Assembly: GCF_006345805.1 (NCBI RefSeq) | Contig: NW_021835408.1 | Span: 1-40,696 of the forward strand | From: Octopus sinensis | Taxonomy: Eukaryota | Direction: 5' to 3' | Length of the DNA: 40,696 nt | Part shown: positions 1 through 13,462 of the stretch, piece after piece | Layout: the number at the start of each line of letters is the position of its first letter | How positions within the stretch are numbered: the stretch's first letter is position 1 | Translations under genes and position numbers: made by a program | The notes under the pieces: model-generated | What the model saw: only the letters and a program-made list of their open reading frames with translations | What the model was told of the DNA's origin: nothing | Databases searched by the model: none

Positions 1-108
1 TATGTATATATATATATATGTGTATATTATATATATATTTGTATATATATAAATATATATATATATGTATATATCTATATCTATACATTAAACACACACA
101 CATATACA

Positions 109-140
<32 letters not shown>
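1..140. repeat. (TA)n/(CA)n/(TACA)n microsatellite
   Basis: Direct reading of the sequence. Confidence 0.95.
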
Positions 141-237
141 GTACTGAGAATATCGAGGTGTATTTGAAAAGCTTTCAATAAGTGATTACCTTAAGTATGG
201 GTAAATTTCTTACATTTTTTCTATTTTTTATATCTTT

Positions 238-520
<283 letters not shown>

Positions 521-848
521 CATTTCAAGAGATTATTTTGTTGACAGGAAACTGAAACTCTACGCTAACTTCTGCAACAATGAAAAATACTTCGGCTAAG
601 AAAAACCTCCATGAAAATAATGCCGGGAAGGATAAAGGAAATTATTATGTAAACAGAACATTTTTAAGCTTATTTCTTATAAGAAAAACAGTGAAATAGA
701 TAAAAGTTTCAGGAAGGAAAAGATTGGGTAAAAGATTGAAAAATGTATTAAACAAAATTGTGAACAACTATGAGTCATTGTAGGCAATTATATAGAGAAA
801 ATCATGGTTGGGGGGGTTTGAGAGGAGATCGAGAGATGTTTAGGGGAA

Positions 849-851
<3 letters not shown>

Positions 852-889
<38 letters not shown>
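852..889. repeat. (GA)n microsatellite
   Basis: Direct reading. Confidence 0.95.
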
Positions 890-892
<3 letters not shown>

Positions 893-1084
893 GGGGGGAA
901 GACAAGGGTAGAACTGGAGAGATGTAAAAAGTTAAGAAACTGAAGATTAGAATTTGCGTGAGAAAAGAATGAATGCTTGTGATGATGGATGAATGCAAAG
1001 AAGAACACAGAAGATGACTGTAAAGCAATAGGTTAAAAATAAAGATGAAGAAACGTATGGCGTATAAAGAGAGACGCGAAACAA

Positions 1085-1201
1085 CACACACACACACACA
1101 CACACACACACATTTACAAGCAGAAATGTTCATATGTACGTGCGTGTGTGTGTGTGTGATTATGTATATGTATATATGCATATATTCACATATTACTTAT
1201 A

Positions 1202-1250
<49 letters not shown>

Positions 1251-1328
1251 TACTTATACATTACATATGTATATATTATATATGTGTGCGGTGTGAGTGT
1301 GTGTGGTTGTGTGTGCGCGTGGGTATGC

Positions 1329-1363
<35 letters not shown>

Positions 1364-1365
1364 TA
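1085..1365. repeat. Compound (CA)n/(GT)n/(TA)n microsatellite
   Basis: Direct reading. Confidence 0.9.
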
Positions 1366-1519
1366 TACAAGTATCTGTGAGAGAGCGAGCAGGGAGAACA
1401 CGATAACGGGTTGCAGGGGTTGCAGGGGCGTGTAAAAAAGCAGTAGCTTTATGTAAAGAGGTAGAAGTAAAGAGAGAGAGGGAATAAAAGAGAGAGAGAG
1501 AGGAACGTTAAGGTAGAAG

Positions 1520-1786
1520 GGAGAAGAAGAAGAGAAGAAGAAGAAGAAGATGAAGAAGAAGGAGAAGAAGAAGAAGGAAAGAAGAGGAGAGAGAAGAAGA
1601 AGAAGAAGAGAAGAAGAAGAAAGAAGTAGAAGAAGAAGAAGAAGGAAGAAGAGAAGAAGAAGAAGAAGAAGAAGAAGAGAAGAGAAGAAGAGAAGAAGAA
1701 GAAGAAGAAGAAGAAAAGAAGAAGAAGAAGAAGAAGAAGAAGAAGAAGAAGAAGAAGAAGAACAACAACAACAACAACAACAACAA
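1520..1786. repeat. (GAA)n tract changing to (CAA)n
   Basis: Direct reading. It explains the poly-E/K/R/Q ORFs. Confidence 0.95.
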
Positions 1787-2844
1787 GCCGTTCCATCACC
1801 ACCACCACTCACCTCAACCCCGAGAGTTCTATCGGTAGTAAGAGTAGACAAAAGAAGTCAATTAAGTTATTAGTTTCCATTTAGCATCAGGAGAAATATA
1901 AAGAAGAAAACATATTTACATATGAGAAACATAACTCTTGTCTTCTTTCTCCATCTCCTTTTGGGAGGAAACGAGTTTTAGGAATTACAAATTTCTTTCT
2001 GACTGTGTCTTAAAATATTGAACTCATTGTTCATTATTTTCTCCCATATCACGTTTCGTAAAAACCTGCCTCCGGGATGCTATTCTACGAAGGAATAATT
2101 TATGATTGATTACAAAACGAAAATATTGAAAATGAATAAAAACAAAATAAGAGACGCAAATAAAACGGTAAATCAACAGTTAGCCTGAAAGTGGCGTGTA
2201 GATTTGCTATTGTTTCTCCCAGAACCAGCTTTATAGAATTCTTGAGGAACAGATATTCTTGTAAGCCTACTGTTCAGATTACCAGAGGCTATCTATTTGT
2301 TTAACATCGTATCTTTTCAATACTGAAGAATATATCTGCTTTGTTGGGATGAGTTACAGAGAAACACTAGTTCAACCAGAAAATAAGAAACTAATTAATA
2401 CAGAGAACAAAAAAAATATAAAGACACCCCTTCTCTCCTCGCAGCATCAGTGACGTTCATTCAGCTCTTTGAGCGGTTGTCATTGTTGTTGCTGCAGTTA
2501 TAGTTGTTAACTTCAGATCATCCTTGTTCTACTACATCGATGGTCAATAATATTCCGGCTGTCCCTCTCTGACCATCCCACTCTTTCTCCGTAGCACGGA
2601 GCACCAATGACCGTAATAGCTAACGTCCCGCTTTTTTTATGATAGCCGGATCTGATTTGATGGTTATTTGGCTATTACTACTAGTAGGTTGAACAACCAG
2701 GTAAAGATTAGCCTCCCCTGAACGGGTGCTAGAGTTTACAAGTGTGTTTGTTATATAATCTCTTGACATTTTAAGATTTACAGTATTGTATCCACCAAGA
2801 CAAGTTCAAACTTTATTTACTTCTTAAGTAACATCTTGTTATCT

Positions 2845-3259
2845 TATTTCCTATTTTTTTATTGCCCACAAGGGGCTACACATAGAGGGGACAATCAAGG
2901 ACAGACAAACAGATTAAGTCGATTACGTCTACCCCAGTGCGTAACTGGTACTTAATTTATCGACCCCGAAAGGATGAAAGGCAAAGTCGACTTCGGCGGA
3001 ATTTGTACTCAGAACGTAGCGGCAGACGAAATACCTATTTCTTTACTACTTACAAGGGGCTAAACACAGAGAGGACAAACAAACGGATTAAGTCGATTAT
3101 ATCGACCCCAGTGCGTAACTGGTACTTATTTAATCGACCCTGAAAGGGATGAAAGGCAAAGTCGACCTCGGCGGAATTTAAACTCAGAGCGTAGCGGCAG
3201 ACGAAATACCGCTAAGCATTTCGCCCGGCATGCTAACGTTTCTGCCAGCTCGCCGCCTT
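2845..3259 (-). mobile_element. tRNA-derived SINE family A, dimeric copy
   Basis: Minus strand starts GGCGGCGAGCTGGCAGAAACGTTAG (A-box-like) and has a B-box-like GAGTTTAAATTCC and the core GCCTTTCATCC-TTTC-GGGGTCGAT. A second unit lacking the A-box follows the junction AAAGAAATAG|GTATTTCGTCTGCCG. Flanked by the short direct repeat ATCTTG(T/C)TATCTT. Confidence 0.85.
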
Positions 3260-3301
3260 GATATCTTGCTATCTTGCTATACATATCTATTCTTTGGATT
3301 A

Positions 3302-3480
3302 TCTTTTACTTGTTTCAGTCATTAAAATTCGGCCATGCTGGGGCACCTCCTTAAAGAACTTTTAGTTGAATGAATCGAGCCTAGTTCTTAATTTGCCGAA
3401 CTGCTTAGTTACGGACACGCAAAAACACCAGCACCAGCTGTCTAGCGGTGGTGGGGATCAAACACAGACACAAATACCCA
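3302..3480 (-). mobile_element. SINE family B, 3' module
   Basis: TCTTTTACTTGTTTCAGTCAT...GGCCATGCTGGGGCAC...GAACTGCTTAGTTACGG matches the copies near 18905, 24891 and 32090. Confidence 0.8.
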
Positions 3481-3508
3481 TATATATATATAATATATAC
3501 ATATATAT

Positions 3509-3966
3509 ATCAATTTAAGCAACAAGGATATCCAGAGGTAATGCAGTACGATCGTTTCATGCAACTCCATTTAATTGAACAATGCAATCATTATATCAAT
3601 TCAAAATGTAGAGCAATCTTCAGCTGCACAAAGACATAGGAATTTACTAAAATAGAACAGATGGACAGATTAATATAATTATACCTAAAATCTCCAGCAG
3701 GTTAAGGATTTAGACAAAGAACATGTTGTCTCTACTGCTGAAGTAGTGACATGTTCTTTGTCTATCTCCTTAACTTCTCTAAGATTTTAGGTATAATTAT
3801 ACTAATGTGTCCATCTGTTCTATTTTAATTCAATTCTATGAATTTGTGCAGCTGAAGATTGCTCCAAATTTTAAATTGATGTAATGATTGCATTGTTCAA
3901 TTAAATGGAATTGCATGAAATGATCGTACTGCATTACCTTTGGATATCCTTGTTGTTTATTTTGAT
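3509..3966. repeat. Long inverted repeat (fold-back or MITE-like element), arms of about 218 bp
   Basis: 3509-3726 is the reverse complement of 3749-3966 at roughly 85-90% identity by eye. The spacer pairs further (CTACT/AGTAG), leaving a 5-nt loop at 3737-3741. Confidence 0.95.
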
Positions 3967-4159
3967 TTTAATCACCTTACTCTGAAATTGTATGGATAAT
4001 ACCGTCCTAAATTCTGGTGCCTCGACTTAAGTACCATATTCATCTGAATATATTTATATATATATATATATATAATGTATAATATAAATAATATATAAAT
4101 ATATGCATATATACATATATGTACATAGCTACATATATATGTATATATACATGTATATA

Positions 4160-4500
4160 TGGGTACAGGACATCAAAAAAAACGTTGAACACAATGAGAA
4201 ACGAAAACATAAAAACAGCGAAAAAACAGAGTACAAGACATACAGCACAAGGAATATTCCCATTCTTCAGTTGTCCCTGTTTCATCTACTTCGCGTTTCG
4301 AAGTATGTGTGTATAAGGAGAATTCACAAAAAAAAAAGACGAAGACAGGTGGTGTATACAACAAATAGATTTATTAGTTTAACGCTCGGGAAGTGAAAAA
4401 GTCTTTAACGTTTCCAGCCTACTCTTTTCCACAGAAAGGAACACAGAAAGAAAGAAGGAGAAACTAAAGAATGTGTAGTGACTAGCGATCTATCATGGCG
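4160..4500 (-). mobile_element. Non-autonomous repeat, probably Penelope-like-element derived
   Basis: Shares its end (GGG(T/C)ACAGGAC(A/G)TCA) and a CAACTGA(A/T)GAA...TTGTG segment with 35300-35460 in opposite orientation. Carries a decayed hammerhead-like motif at 4402-4439. Confidence 0.45.
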
Positions 4501-4510
4501 AATGCATATA

Positions 4511-4670
4511 TACGATGAGCTTCTTTCAGTTTCCGTCTACCAAATCCACTCACAAGGCTTTGGTCAGCCCGAGGTTATAGTAGAAGACACTTGCCCAAGG
4601 TAGCGCGCAGTGAGACTAAACCCGAAACCATGTGGTTGAGAAACAAGCATCTTATCACACAGCAACGCCT
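4511..4670 (-). mobile_element. SINE family B, 5' module (tRNA-like head)
   Basis: Reverse complement reads AGGCGTTGCTGTGTGATAAG...GGTTTCGGGTTTAGTCTCACTGCGCG...CTTGGGCAAGTGTCTTCTACTATAACCTCGGG...GGAAACTGAAAGAAGC. It is probably the partner of 3302-3480. Confidence 0.85.
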
Positions 4671-4706
4671 CTTTGGTGAGAAAACAATGTAGATGAAAAT
4701 ATTTTG

Positions 4707-4713
4707 AGTAGTG

Positions 4714-4763
<50 letters not shown>

Positions 4764-4764
4764 T

Positions 4765-4819
<55 letters not shown>
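4707..4819. repeat. (AGT)n microsatellite
   Basis: Direct reading. Confidence 0.95.
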
Positions 4820-5250
4820 CTGTTGTTGTTTTCAAACACTTTATATATCACAAAAAAAGACTCTCAGGACATTGAACTCTCGTAATTCTACTGATGTCAG
4901 GTTCTGCTGAAGATTATAAGACGGGCATATTTCATATTTTTTACTCTTGAATCAAAATATAACAGTTTTGAAGTCAGCCTTACAAAGCAACACACATTCG
5001 TAAATTTTACATGGCTCCTACTGTGTGCTCTCATTACAAATTACTTAATAGTTAAATATATTAACCATGAACAAAGATTGTTACTACTATAATGCTAATT
5101 ATGATAATCGTCTGACAAAAGAAGGAAGAAAAGTCCATAATGTTTCTAGAGCAGATCATCCATATCAGGCAAATATCCTCTTGTACAATCTCTAAACGAC
5201 AACTATATTTCAGTGGCTGCTGTAGCTTTTCCAGATTCTTATATTTTTTT

Positions 5251-5476
5251 CTTTACTATCCACAAGGGGCTAAACACAGAGGGGACAAACAAGGACAGAC
5301 AAACGGATTAAGTTGATTACATCGATCCCAGTTTAACTGGTACTTAATTTATCGACCCCGAAAGGATGAAAGGCAAAGTCGACCTCGGCGGAATTTGAAC
5401 TCGGAACATAACGACAGACTAAATACGGCTACGCATTTCGCCCGGCGTGCTAACGTTTCTGCCAGCTCATCGCCTT
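5251..5476 (-). mobile_element. SINE family A, monomer with 21-bp target-site duplication
   Basis: Full head, core and tail. The flanks 5225-5245 GCTTTTCCAGATTCTTATATT and 5477-5497 GCTTTTTCAGATTCTTCTATT match 19/21. Confidence 0.9.
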
Positions 5477-5509
5477 GCTTTTTCAGATTCTTCTATTTCT
5501 GATGCCAGT

Positions 5510-7075
5510 AAAGTAGTTAATGTAGAAAACAAGTTGCATCACTGCTGGCCCACTTGTATCCCAAGGCAGGCTTCGCTGCTCGTCAATTCGAGAAGGGCAA
5601 AATGTCAAAGTATTGGCCACTCTCTGACAGTGGTCGTGCTTGTGGTAGTGGAGACCTCTGGCGTTCTTAGCCCCGGGACTACATCCCTGTTCACTTCTAT
5701 CAAGGCAGTGCGAGCCCAGGGAGTTAGCGCGTCTCTCGTCATCCTCCGGGGCTATAACTTTTCCATTTTGTCCACTGGGACCACGATGCGGACTGACAAG
5801 TCTTTGTAGTCAAACCTGTCGTATACGGTGTTGGTAAAATGATTGTTCGTTCAGTAAAGGGTTGCTGGAAAAGATCTAATTGTGGCTTTGTTTTGACGTC
5901 CCGTTTCCTCCACTCAGGCCCATAGAATTTATTTTGTTTCTTCATGTTTACGAGCAGTCGCTTTATCACTTTGGCTGTTTCGAGTCAAGGAACTTAATCG
6001 CTCGCGATTTCAAGCGCTTGCACATTGGTTGTGTAGCTTTTTATAATTGCTTCTGATCTACTGCACTTCATCTACTAAATGGATTTCAATCGTTATTTCT
6101 ACACTATACACTATCGATTCTACTGTAATGATTCTCTTCGAATACACCAAACACCGGTCGTTGATGACCAACCCGTTTGTTAATCCTGTTCTTGGTGTTC
6201 TAGGTTCAGGTCAAGAAATCAGGCCCTGATAATGCGCGCAACCTGTGTTGCCGAAAAGGTCACAAACTTGTTAGCTGTATAACCGACAAGCGAAAATTAT
6301 GGATGCCCAAAACTCTCCTTATCCACAGACCTAATAAAAACCCACTCAAGATACGACCACGACAAACCGATGTAGTTTGTTCAGTTCCACATTAGCACGT
6401 TCAAGGGGAATCCATTATGAAACTGCCAGAAAACTTGGACTGCTTAGACAGGTTTGTGAGGCTTTTACAACCACTCTCCTATCATCTGCTCCCATACAAT
6501 TTCAGCCTGAGTGAACTCATCCGGTAACTCGTTACCACTAACGAGCATAACATTCCTAAGAAGTTTAGAAATGTCTGACGAGGTCTGTCTATCCCGACTG
6601 GTCACTATGATGTCACTGCATTTATAATTGTTGACATCAAGAATCCTTAACTCAAGTCGGTGTTGAGGATGATGGTTCGCTGCCACTGCATTCGATCCCG
6701 ACTGACTGAAAGATCCGTTCTCCTTGAAATCACGAGTACCTGTTTCCCCAAAATCTTTACCTAGTTTATGGCTACCGCATCTAAATCTCATGACCTGGGA
6801 TAAATAAGTTTGTAATCTTACTCCTAAGCTGACCGACAAATTAAATGAAAAATAAATGGGTGAGTTTATTTGCCCCAGTTTTAACTAAAGCAGGTAATTC
6901 AAGTTTCGAGATTTTTCTGAAGATCACCATCAGCAATTGCTGAGGCTGCTTTCTTTTTGAACTCCCCTAAGTCATGTGCGGAATTTTCAGCAGTAAGTGT
7001 TATTAGACTTTTCGTGTGATCCTTTGTTTACTTCTTAGTTGCTTTGTATTACAAATGCCATCATTTTTCTAATCT
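5510..7075 (-). pseudogene. Decayed coding-like island of unknown origin (TE or endogenous viral element?)
   Basis: Microsatellite-free and more GC-rich than its flanks. Protein-like frames persist across stops, e.g. LELRILDVNNYKCSDIIV...WEQMIGEWL, WSYLEWVFIRSVDKESFGHP*FSLVGYTANKFVTFSATQVARIIRA and NTVYDRFDYKDLSVRIVVPVDKMEKL*PRRMTRDALTPWARTALIEV. No family recognised. Confidence 0.35.
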
Positions 7076-7094
7076 ATTTATCAGAGACATGAAG

Positions 7095-7200
7095 ATGAAA
7101 CTTGAGGTAAGCTAGATTTGAACTTAGACTATAAAGAAACAGAATGAATAACGCAGGTCATTTCGCCCGATGTCCTAACGACTTTGCCAATTCGCCACTT
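7095..7200 (-). mobile_element. SINE family A, degenerate head fragment
   Basis: GATTTGAACTTAG...CATTTCGCCCGATGTCCTAACGACTTTGCCAATTCGCC resembles the family A head on the minus strand. Confidence 0.65.
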
Positions 7201-7399
7201 GGCTGGTATACTGTGTGGTAAGAGAACAGAGTGTAGAGGCAATTAAATTGTAGTATTGCTCGCGTTATATTATATTTACCATCAAACTTCCTCTTGTTAT
7301 TACAACGAAACCGCTAAAGGTGAGTCTCCAGAGATGGAAGCCAACATTAACACACAAGAAATAAAACGATGTACCAATGGCATATTCAAGTTAGAACAA

Positions 7400-8640
<1,241 letters not shown>

Positions 8641-8719
8641 TTTATATCGGTCTCTCTACTCACCTGTCTTATTTCGTTCTTACTGATTAACACCTGTGAT
8701 TTTCTACTCACGCCTAACA

Positions 8720-9651
8720 ATTATGTGTGGTTTATGTGTGTGTGTGTGTGTGTGCGTGTGTGTGAATGTGTCTGTGTATGCGTGTCTGCGGGTGTATTTC
8801 AGCGTGTATGTGTGCGTGTATATGTATGCATGTGAGTGTGAGTGCATGCATGTGTGTTCGTATGCGCGTGTGCGTGCACGCGTGTGCCTCTGTGTGTATT
8901 TGTGTGTATATGTGTGCGTGTGTGTATGTGTGTGAGTGTGTGTGTGTGTGTGAGTATGCGTGTGAGTGCGGGAGTGTGTGCACGTATGCCACGTTTGAGT
9001 GTATTTTCATATAAGCCAATTTACGATTCTTCATAAGAATGCGATATCTGTTTTACTGCATGCCCCTCTCCCTCTCTTGATCTCAACCTTTTCGCACATG
9101 CATACGCACATACCTACGCGCACGCGCGCACACACATGCACACGTTACGCAGAAAGCGCAACCAAATATAGAAAAACACACATTCATTCATGAACACATA
9201 CACACATGCACACACAAGCTCAAACATATATGTATATATGCGTGTATAGGTATTACATGTATGTAAATAGTTACATACGTACATATATTTTACGTGTATC
9301 TAAGAGTATTAAATATATATATAAATATATCTACATATATATACATACATATATGCATATATACATATATACATGTAGGCATACATACATGCATATATAT
9401 ATACCTATACATACATACATACATACATACATGCAACATACTACAACTACATACGTACATACGTACATACATGCATGCATGCACACATACATACATACAT
9501 ATACTTACACATACTTACATACATACATACGAAATGCATACATACATATACATACATACATACTATACTACCTACATACATACATGCATACATACATACA
9601 TACATGCATACATACATACATACATACATAATACATATATACATACATACA

Positions 9652-9684
<33 letters not shown>

Positions 9685-9723
9685 GCCTACATACATACAT
9701 ATATACATACATACATACATACA

Positions 9724-9756
<33 letters not shown>

Positions 9757-9787
9757 CTACTATACATACATACCATGCATACATACA

Positions 9788-9819
<32 letters not shown>

Positions 9820-9835
9820 CACATACATACATATA

Positions 9836-9869
<34 letters not shown>

Positions 9870-10290
9870 CATACATACATACAAGTATGCATGCTTCATA
9901 CATGTTTATGCATGTAGCATGCATGTATTTCAATGCGTATGTTTATATATATATGTTTTATTTTAGAATCTGTGTGTGTATGCATGCGTGCGTACATGCG
10001 CGCGTGTGTGTGTGTACTTGCGTGTGCGTGTGCATGTGTGTGTACATGCGCGCGTGTGTGTGTGTACGTGCGTGTGCGTGTGTGTGTGTACGTGCGTGTG
10101 CGTGTGTGTGTGTGTGTGTGCAAGTGTGGATAGGTAGGTATTTATGCATATAACTATATTTATGTGTTCTTTATGTAGATAAGCAAACATTTATGTAGAT
10201 ATGTGCATACACTCATGTACCGACATACAAACATGTATGTGAATGTGTGCGTGTATGTATGTATGTGTGTGTGTATGTGTGTGTGTAGTG
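8720..10290. repeat. Compound (GT)n/(TACA)n/(GTGC)n microsatellite field
   Basis: Direct reading. It explains the CVCV, HTYI and MYVC ORFs. Confidence 0.95.
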
Positions 10291-11279
10291 GTATATGTGT
10301 GGATAATCCTTTATTACACATTTTGAATGACCGCTTCTTTATTGACTTTCAATAAACATATCCTATAGTAGCTAGAGATAAAATAAGCTTCAAAATACAT
10401 ATATATACACCCACGCATAAATTCACATATTTAGTTATGAATGTCAAACTAAATATCTCTTCTCTGCAAAATTTAGCTGCCGAATGTGAAGTGAACTCGA
10501 TAAGAACAACAACAACAAGAACAAGAAGAAGCAGAATAAGTACTGTCGGATTTTGAAACATTCAATTTGAAAGACACACCTAAATTACAAGAATCACATA
10601 CAGAGACTACCGACTCAAATACACGCATATACACACATATACATACACGAGCGCGTAGGCATACATACGTACAATCTCACATACGCACATAAACACAGAT
10701 ACATGTCCGCAGTCGGATATAGGTTTACATAAAGATGCTGATACATGTATTATCAGAGAAGCAGTAAAATGCAGGTAATAAAACTTATCAAAATGGTAGA
10801 CTATAAGCCAACGTGAAGCTATATATTCTAGGTTTCAATAAAATAAGTGAAAGACAAAGAACAATCTTGAAATGATAGTGAAACAAGGAAAACATACTTT
10901 CTAACCCTCTTAGTGTTATTCACAATAAAATGTACTAAATTTATAGCCGAGACGTAACTAATACTGATGTATTCTTCATTCTTAATTCCATACTTTAAGG
11001 ATATCCTATCTGGAAAACTAAATTATTTGAACGAAATGATTGTGAAATAAACGATAGGCGAGTCGTCCTGCTCCGCCGGCTGTTTTTCTGCGATTCACTT
11101 GGCCTTTTTGGGAAATATGTTGGAAGCCATGATGTAAAATAGTCCAGATTCGCCTGGTTGAGTCATCCGATGTTTCTGCAATCGCTGCACATTTACATTG
11201 GTGATTTTCTTGATAAGTTATGGCACCAGCGCTGACCAGTGCTGACCAACCGCCTCCGCGCACCACTTTTACACAAAGA

Positions 11280-11398
11280 CTTATATGTGTGTGTGTGTAT
11301 CTGTTTGTGTGTATGTGTGTGTACGCACACAGAAACAAGTACGTCTGTGTGTATGTACGTGTGTGTGTATGTGTATGCATGTATGTATATGTATCCAA

Positions 11399-11457
<59 letters not shown>

Positions 11458-11605
11458 GATATATATGCATACATATATGCTTATGTATATATATATATAC
11501 ATACATATATATATGAGTGTGCGCATGTGTATATGATAACATATATACTCACATATACATCATGTGTTATATATTTAAGTGTATGTATATATATAAATAT
11601 TATAT

Positions 11606-11637
<32 letters not shown>

Positions 11638-11645
11638 GATATATA

Positions 11646-11696
<51 letters not shown>

Positions 11697-11945
11697 CATA
11701 CATATATATATGAGTGTGTGCATGTGTATATGATAACATATATACTCACATATACATCATGTGTTATATATTTAAGTGTATGTATATATATAAATATTAT
11801 ATATATATATATATATATAATATATATATATAATATATATATATAAATACACACACACACGTACATACATGCATATGTGTGTACGTGTGTGTATGTATTA
11901 TGTATGTATGTATGTATGTATGTATGTATGTATGTATGTATGTAT
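11280..11945. repeat. (GT)n/(TA)n/(GTAT)n field containing a 197-bp-period duplication
   Basis: TGAGTGTG(C/T)GCATGTGTATATGATAAC...TTTAAGTGTATG starts at both 11514 and 11711. Confidence 0.9.
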
Positions 11946-12109
11946 GCGCCCACACATATATATGAGACTAAGACCCAGAGAAAGAGAGAAAGAGAAATAG
12001 AAAGACTTACAAAGACAGAAAGGAAGAAAGGAAACTGCCTAATTTATATGCAAATGCAGTCCAGTGCAAGCTTTATGAAAAAGAGAACAAAACAGAGAGA
12101 TAAATAAAG

Positions 12110-12118
12110 AGTGCGTGT

Positions 12119-12172
<54 letters not shown>
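12110..12172. repeat. (GA)n microsatellite
   Basis: Direct reading. Confidence 0.95.
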
Positions 12173-12175
<3 letters not shown>

Positions 12176-12492
12176 TCTATTAAGGAAAGTGCTACTAATT
12201 ATCGTTGGAACAATCAAATTCAGCTTTTGACCTGAAAGATTAATGATGAAATCTCAGACATCTTTTGACAACTCTGACAATTCGTTGTTGATTAATATCT
12301 TGGACTTCCTAACACGGTGCCATCTCCCATGGATTATCAAACCAATGCTGGCACTCTTTGTGAAGAAATCTAGGGCAAGTGTTCTTTACCTTATGCATTA
12401 GCCTGAAGTGGGTTAATCTTTTGCCAAAACACACAGCTGTGCCCCTTCATCCGAGTGGAAACACAGCAGTTGTTATTAATAATCGGTTCGTC

Positions 12493-12668
12493 TAAGGCGA
12501 CGAGTTGGCTGTATCGTTAGCACGCCGGGCAAAAAGCAGAGCGGCATTTCGTCTTAGTTCAAATTCCGCCGAGGTCGACTTTGCCTTTTAACCTTTCGAG
12601 GTTGATGTAATCGACTTAATACCACTCCCACCGAAATTGCTGGCCTTGTGCCCAAATTCGAACCAATA
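12493..12668 (+). mobile_element. SINE family A (short-tail variant)
   Basis: AAGGCGACGAGTTGGCTGTATCGTTAG, B-box AGTTCAAATTCC, GAGGTCGACTTTGCCTTT, and tail GGCCTTGTGCCCAAATTCGAACC. Confidence 0.85.
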
Positions 12669-12766
12669 GTAGGTTCTTCATTTAAAATGTATAAATTTAT
12701 GCGTATTAGTGTATTGTTATATGAGTGTCTATGTGTGAGAGTGTGTGAAGGCTTGTGTACTGACAC

Positions 12767-13462
12767 TTCGTCGGTTACAACGATGGGTTTCCCAGTTGAT
12801 CTGATCAACGGAACAGCCTAGGTTGCAAGAGAAATTAACATGCAAGTGACTGAGAACTCCATAGGTGCGCGTACCTTTAACGTAGTTCTCAGAGCGATTC
12901 AGCGTCACACAGAGTGTGACAAAGCTGACCCTTTGCATTACAGGTACAACTCATTTTTGCCACCTAAGTGGACTGGAACAACATGAGCTGGCAGAAACGT
13001 TGCTTAGCGGTATTTCGTCTGCCGCTACGTTCTGAGTTCAAATTCCGTCGAGGTTGATTTTGCCTTTCATCCTTTCGGGGTCGATTAAATAAGTACCAGT
13101 TACGCACTGGATCAATATAATCGACTTAATCCGTTTGTCTGTCCTTGTTTGTCCATTCTATGTGTAGCCCCTTGTGGGTAGTAAAGAAATAGGTATTTCA
13201 TCTGCCGTTACATTCTGAGTTCAAATTCCGCCGAGGTCGACTTTGCCTTTAATCCTTTCGGGGTCGATAAATTAAGTACCAGTTATGCACTAGGGTTGAT
13301 GTAATCGACTTAATCTCTTTGTTTGTCCCGTCTATGTTTAGCCCCTTGAGGGCAATAAAGAAACAAGAAATAAGAAACATGAAATAAAGTGTCTTACTCA
13401 AAGACACGACGAGCTGCCATTTTCCGAACTCACGGCCTTACGACCGAATACTCTAATCACTT
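12767..13462 (-). mobile_element. SINE family C, interrupted by a family A dimer
   Basis: 3' half at 12767-12986 (CCAGTTGATCTGATCAACGGAACAGCC...GTGGACTGGAACAAC). It resumes at 13376 with GAAATAAAGTGTCTT...CTAATCACTT. AACATGA is duplicated on both sides of the insert. Confidence 0.85.
12986..13380 (+). mobile_element. SINE family A, dimeric copy nested in family C
   Basis: GAGCTGGCAGAAACGTT...GAGTTCAAATTCC...core...AAAGAAATAG|GTATTTC..., then a second unit and an A-rich tail. It has the same junction as 2845-3259. Confidence 0.9.

Noticed and set aside
2430-2730. Minus-strand peptide LRATEKEWDGQRGTAGILLTIDVV, faintly cadherin-like
   Set aside because: It is bounded by stops, lacks the DxNDNxP, LDRE and AxDxG motifs, and has no clear splice sites.
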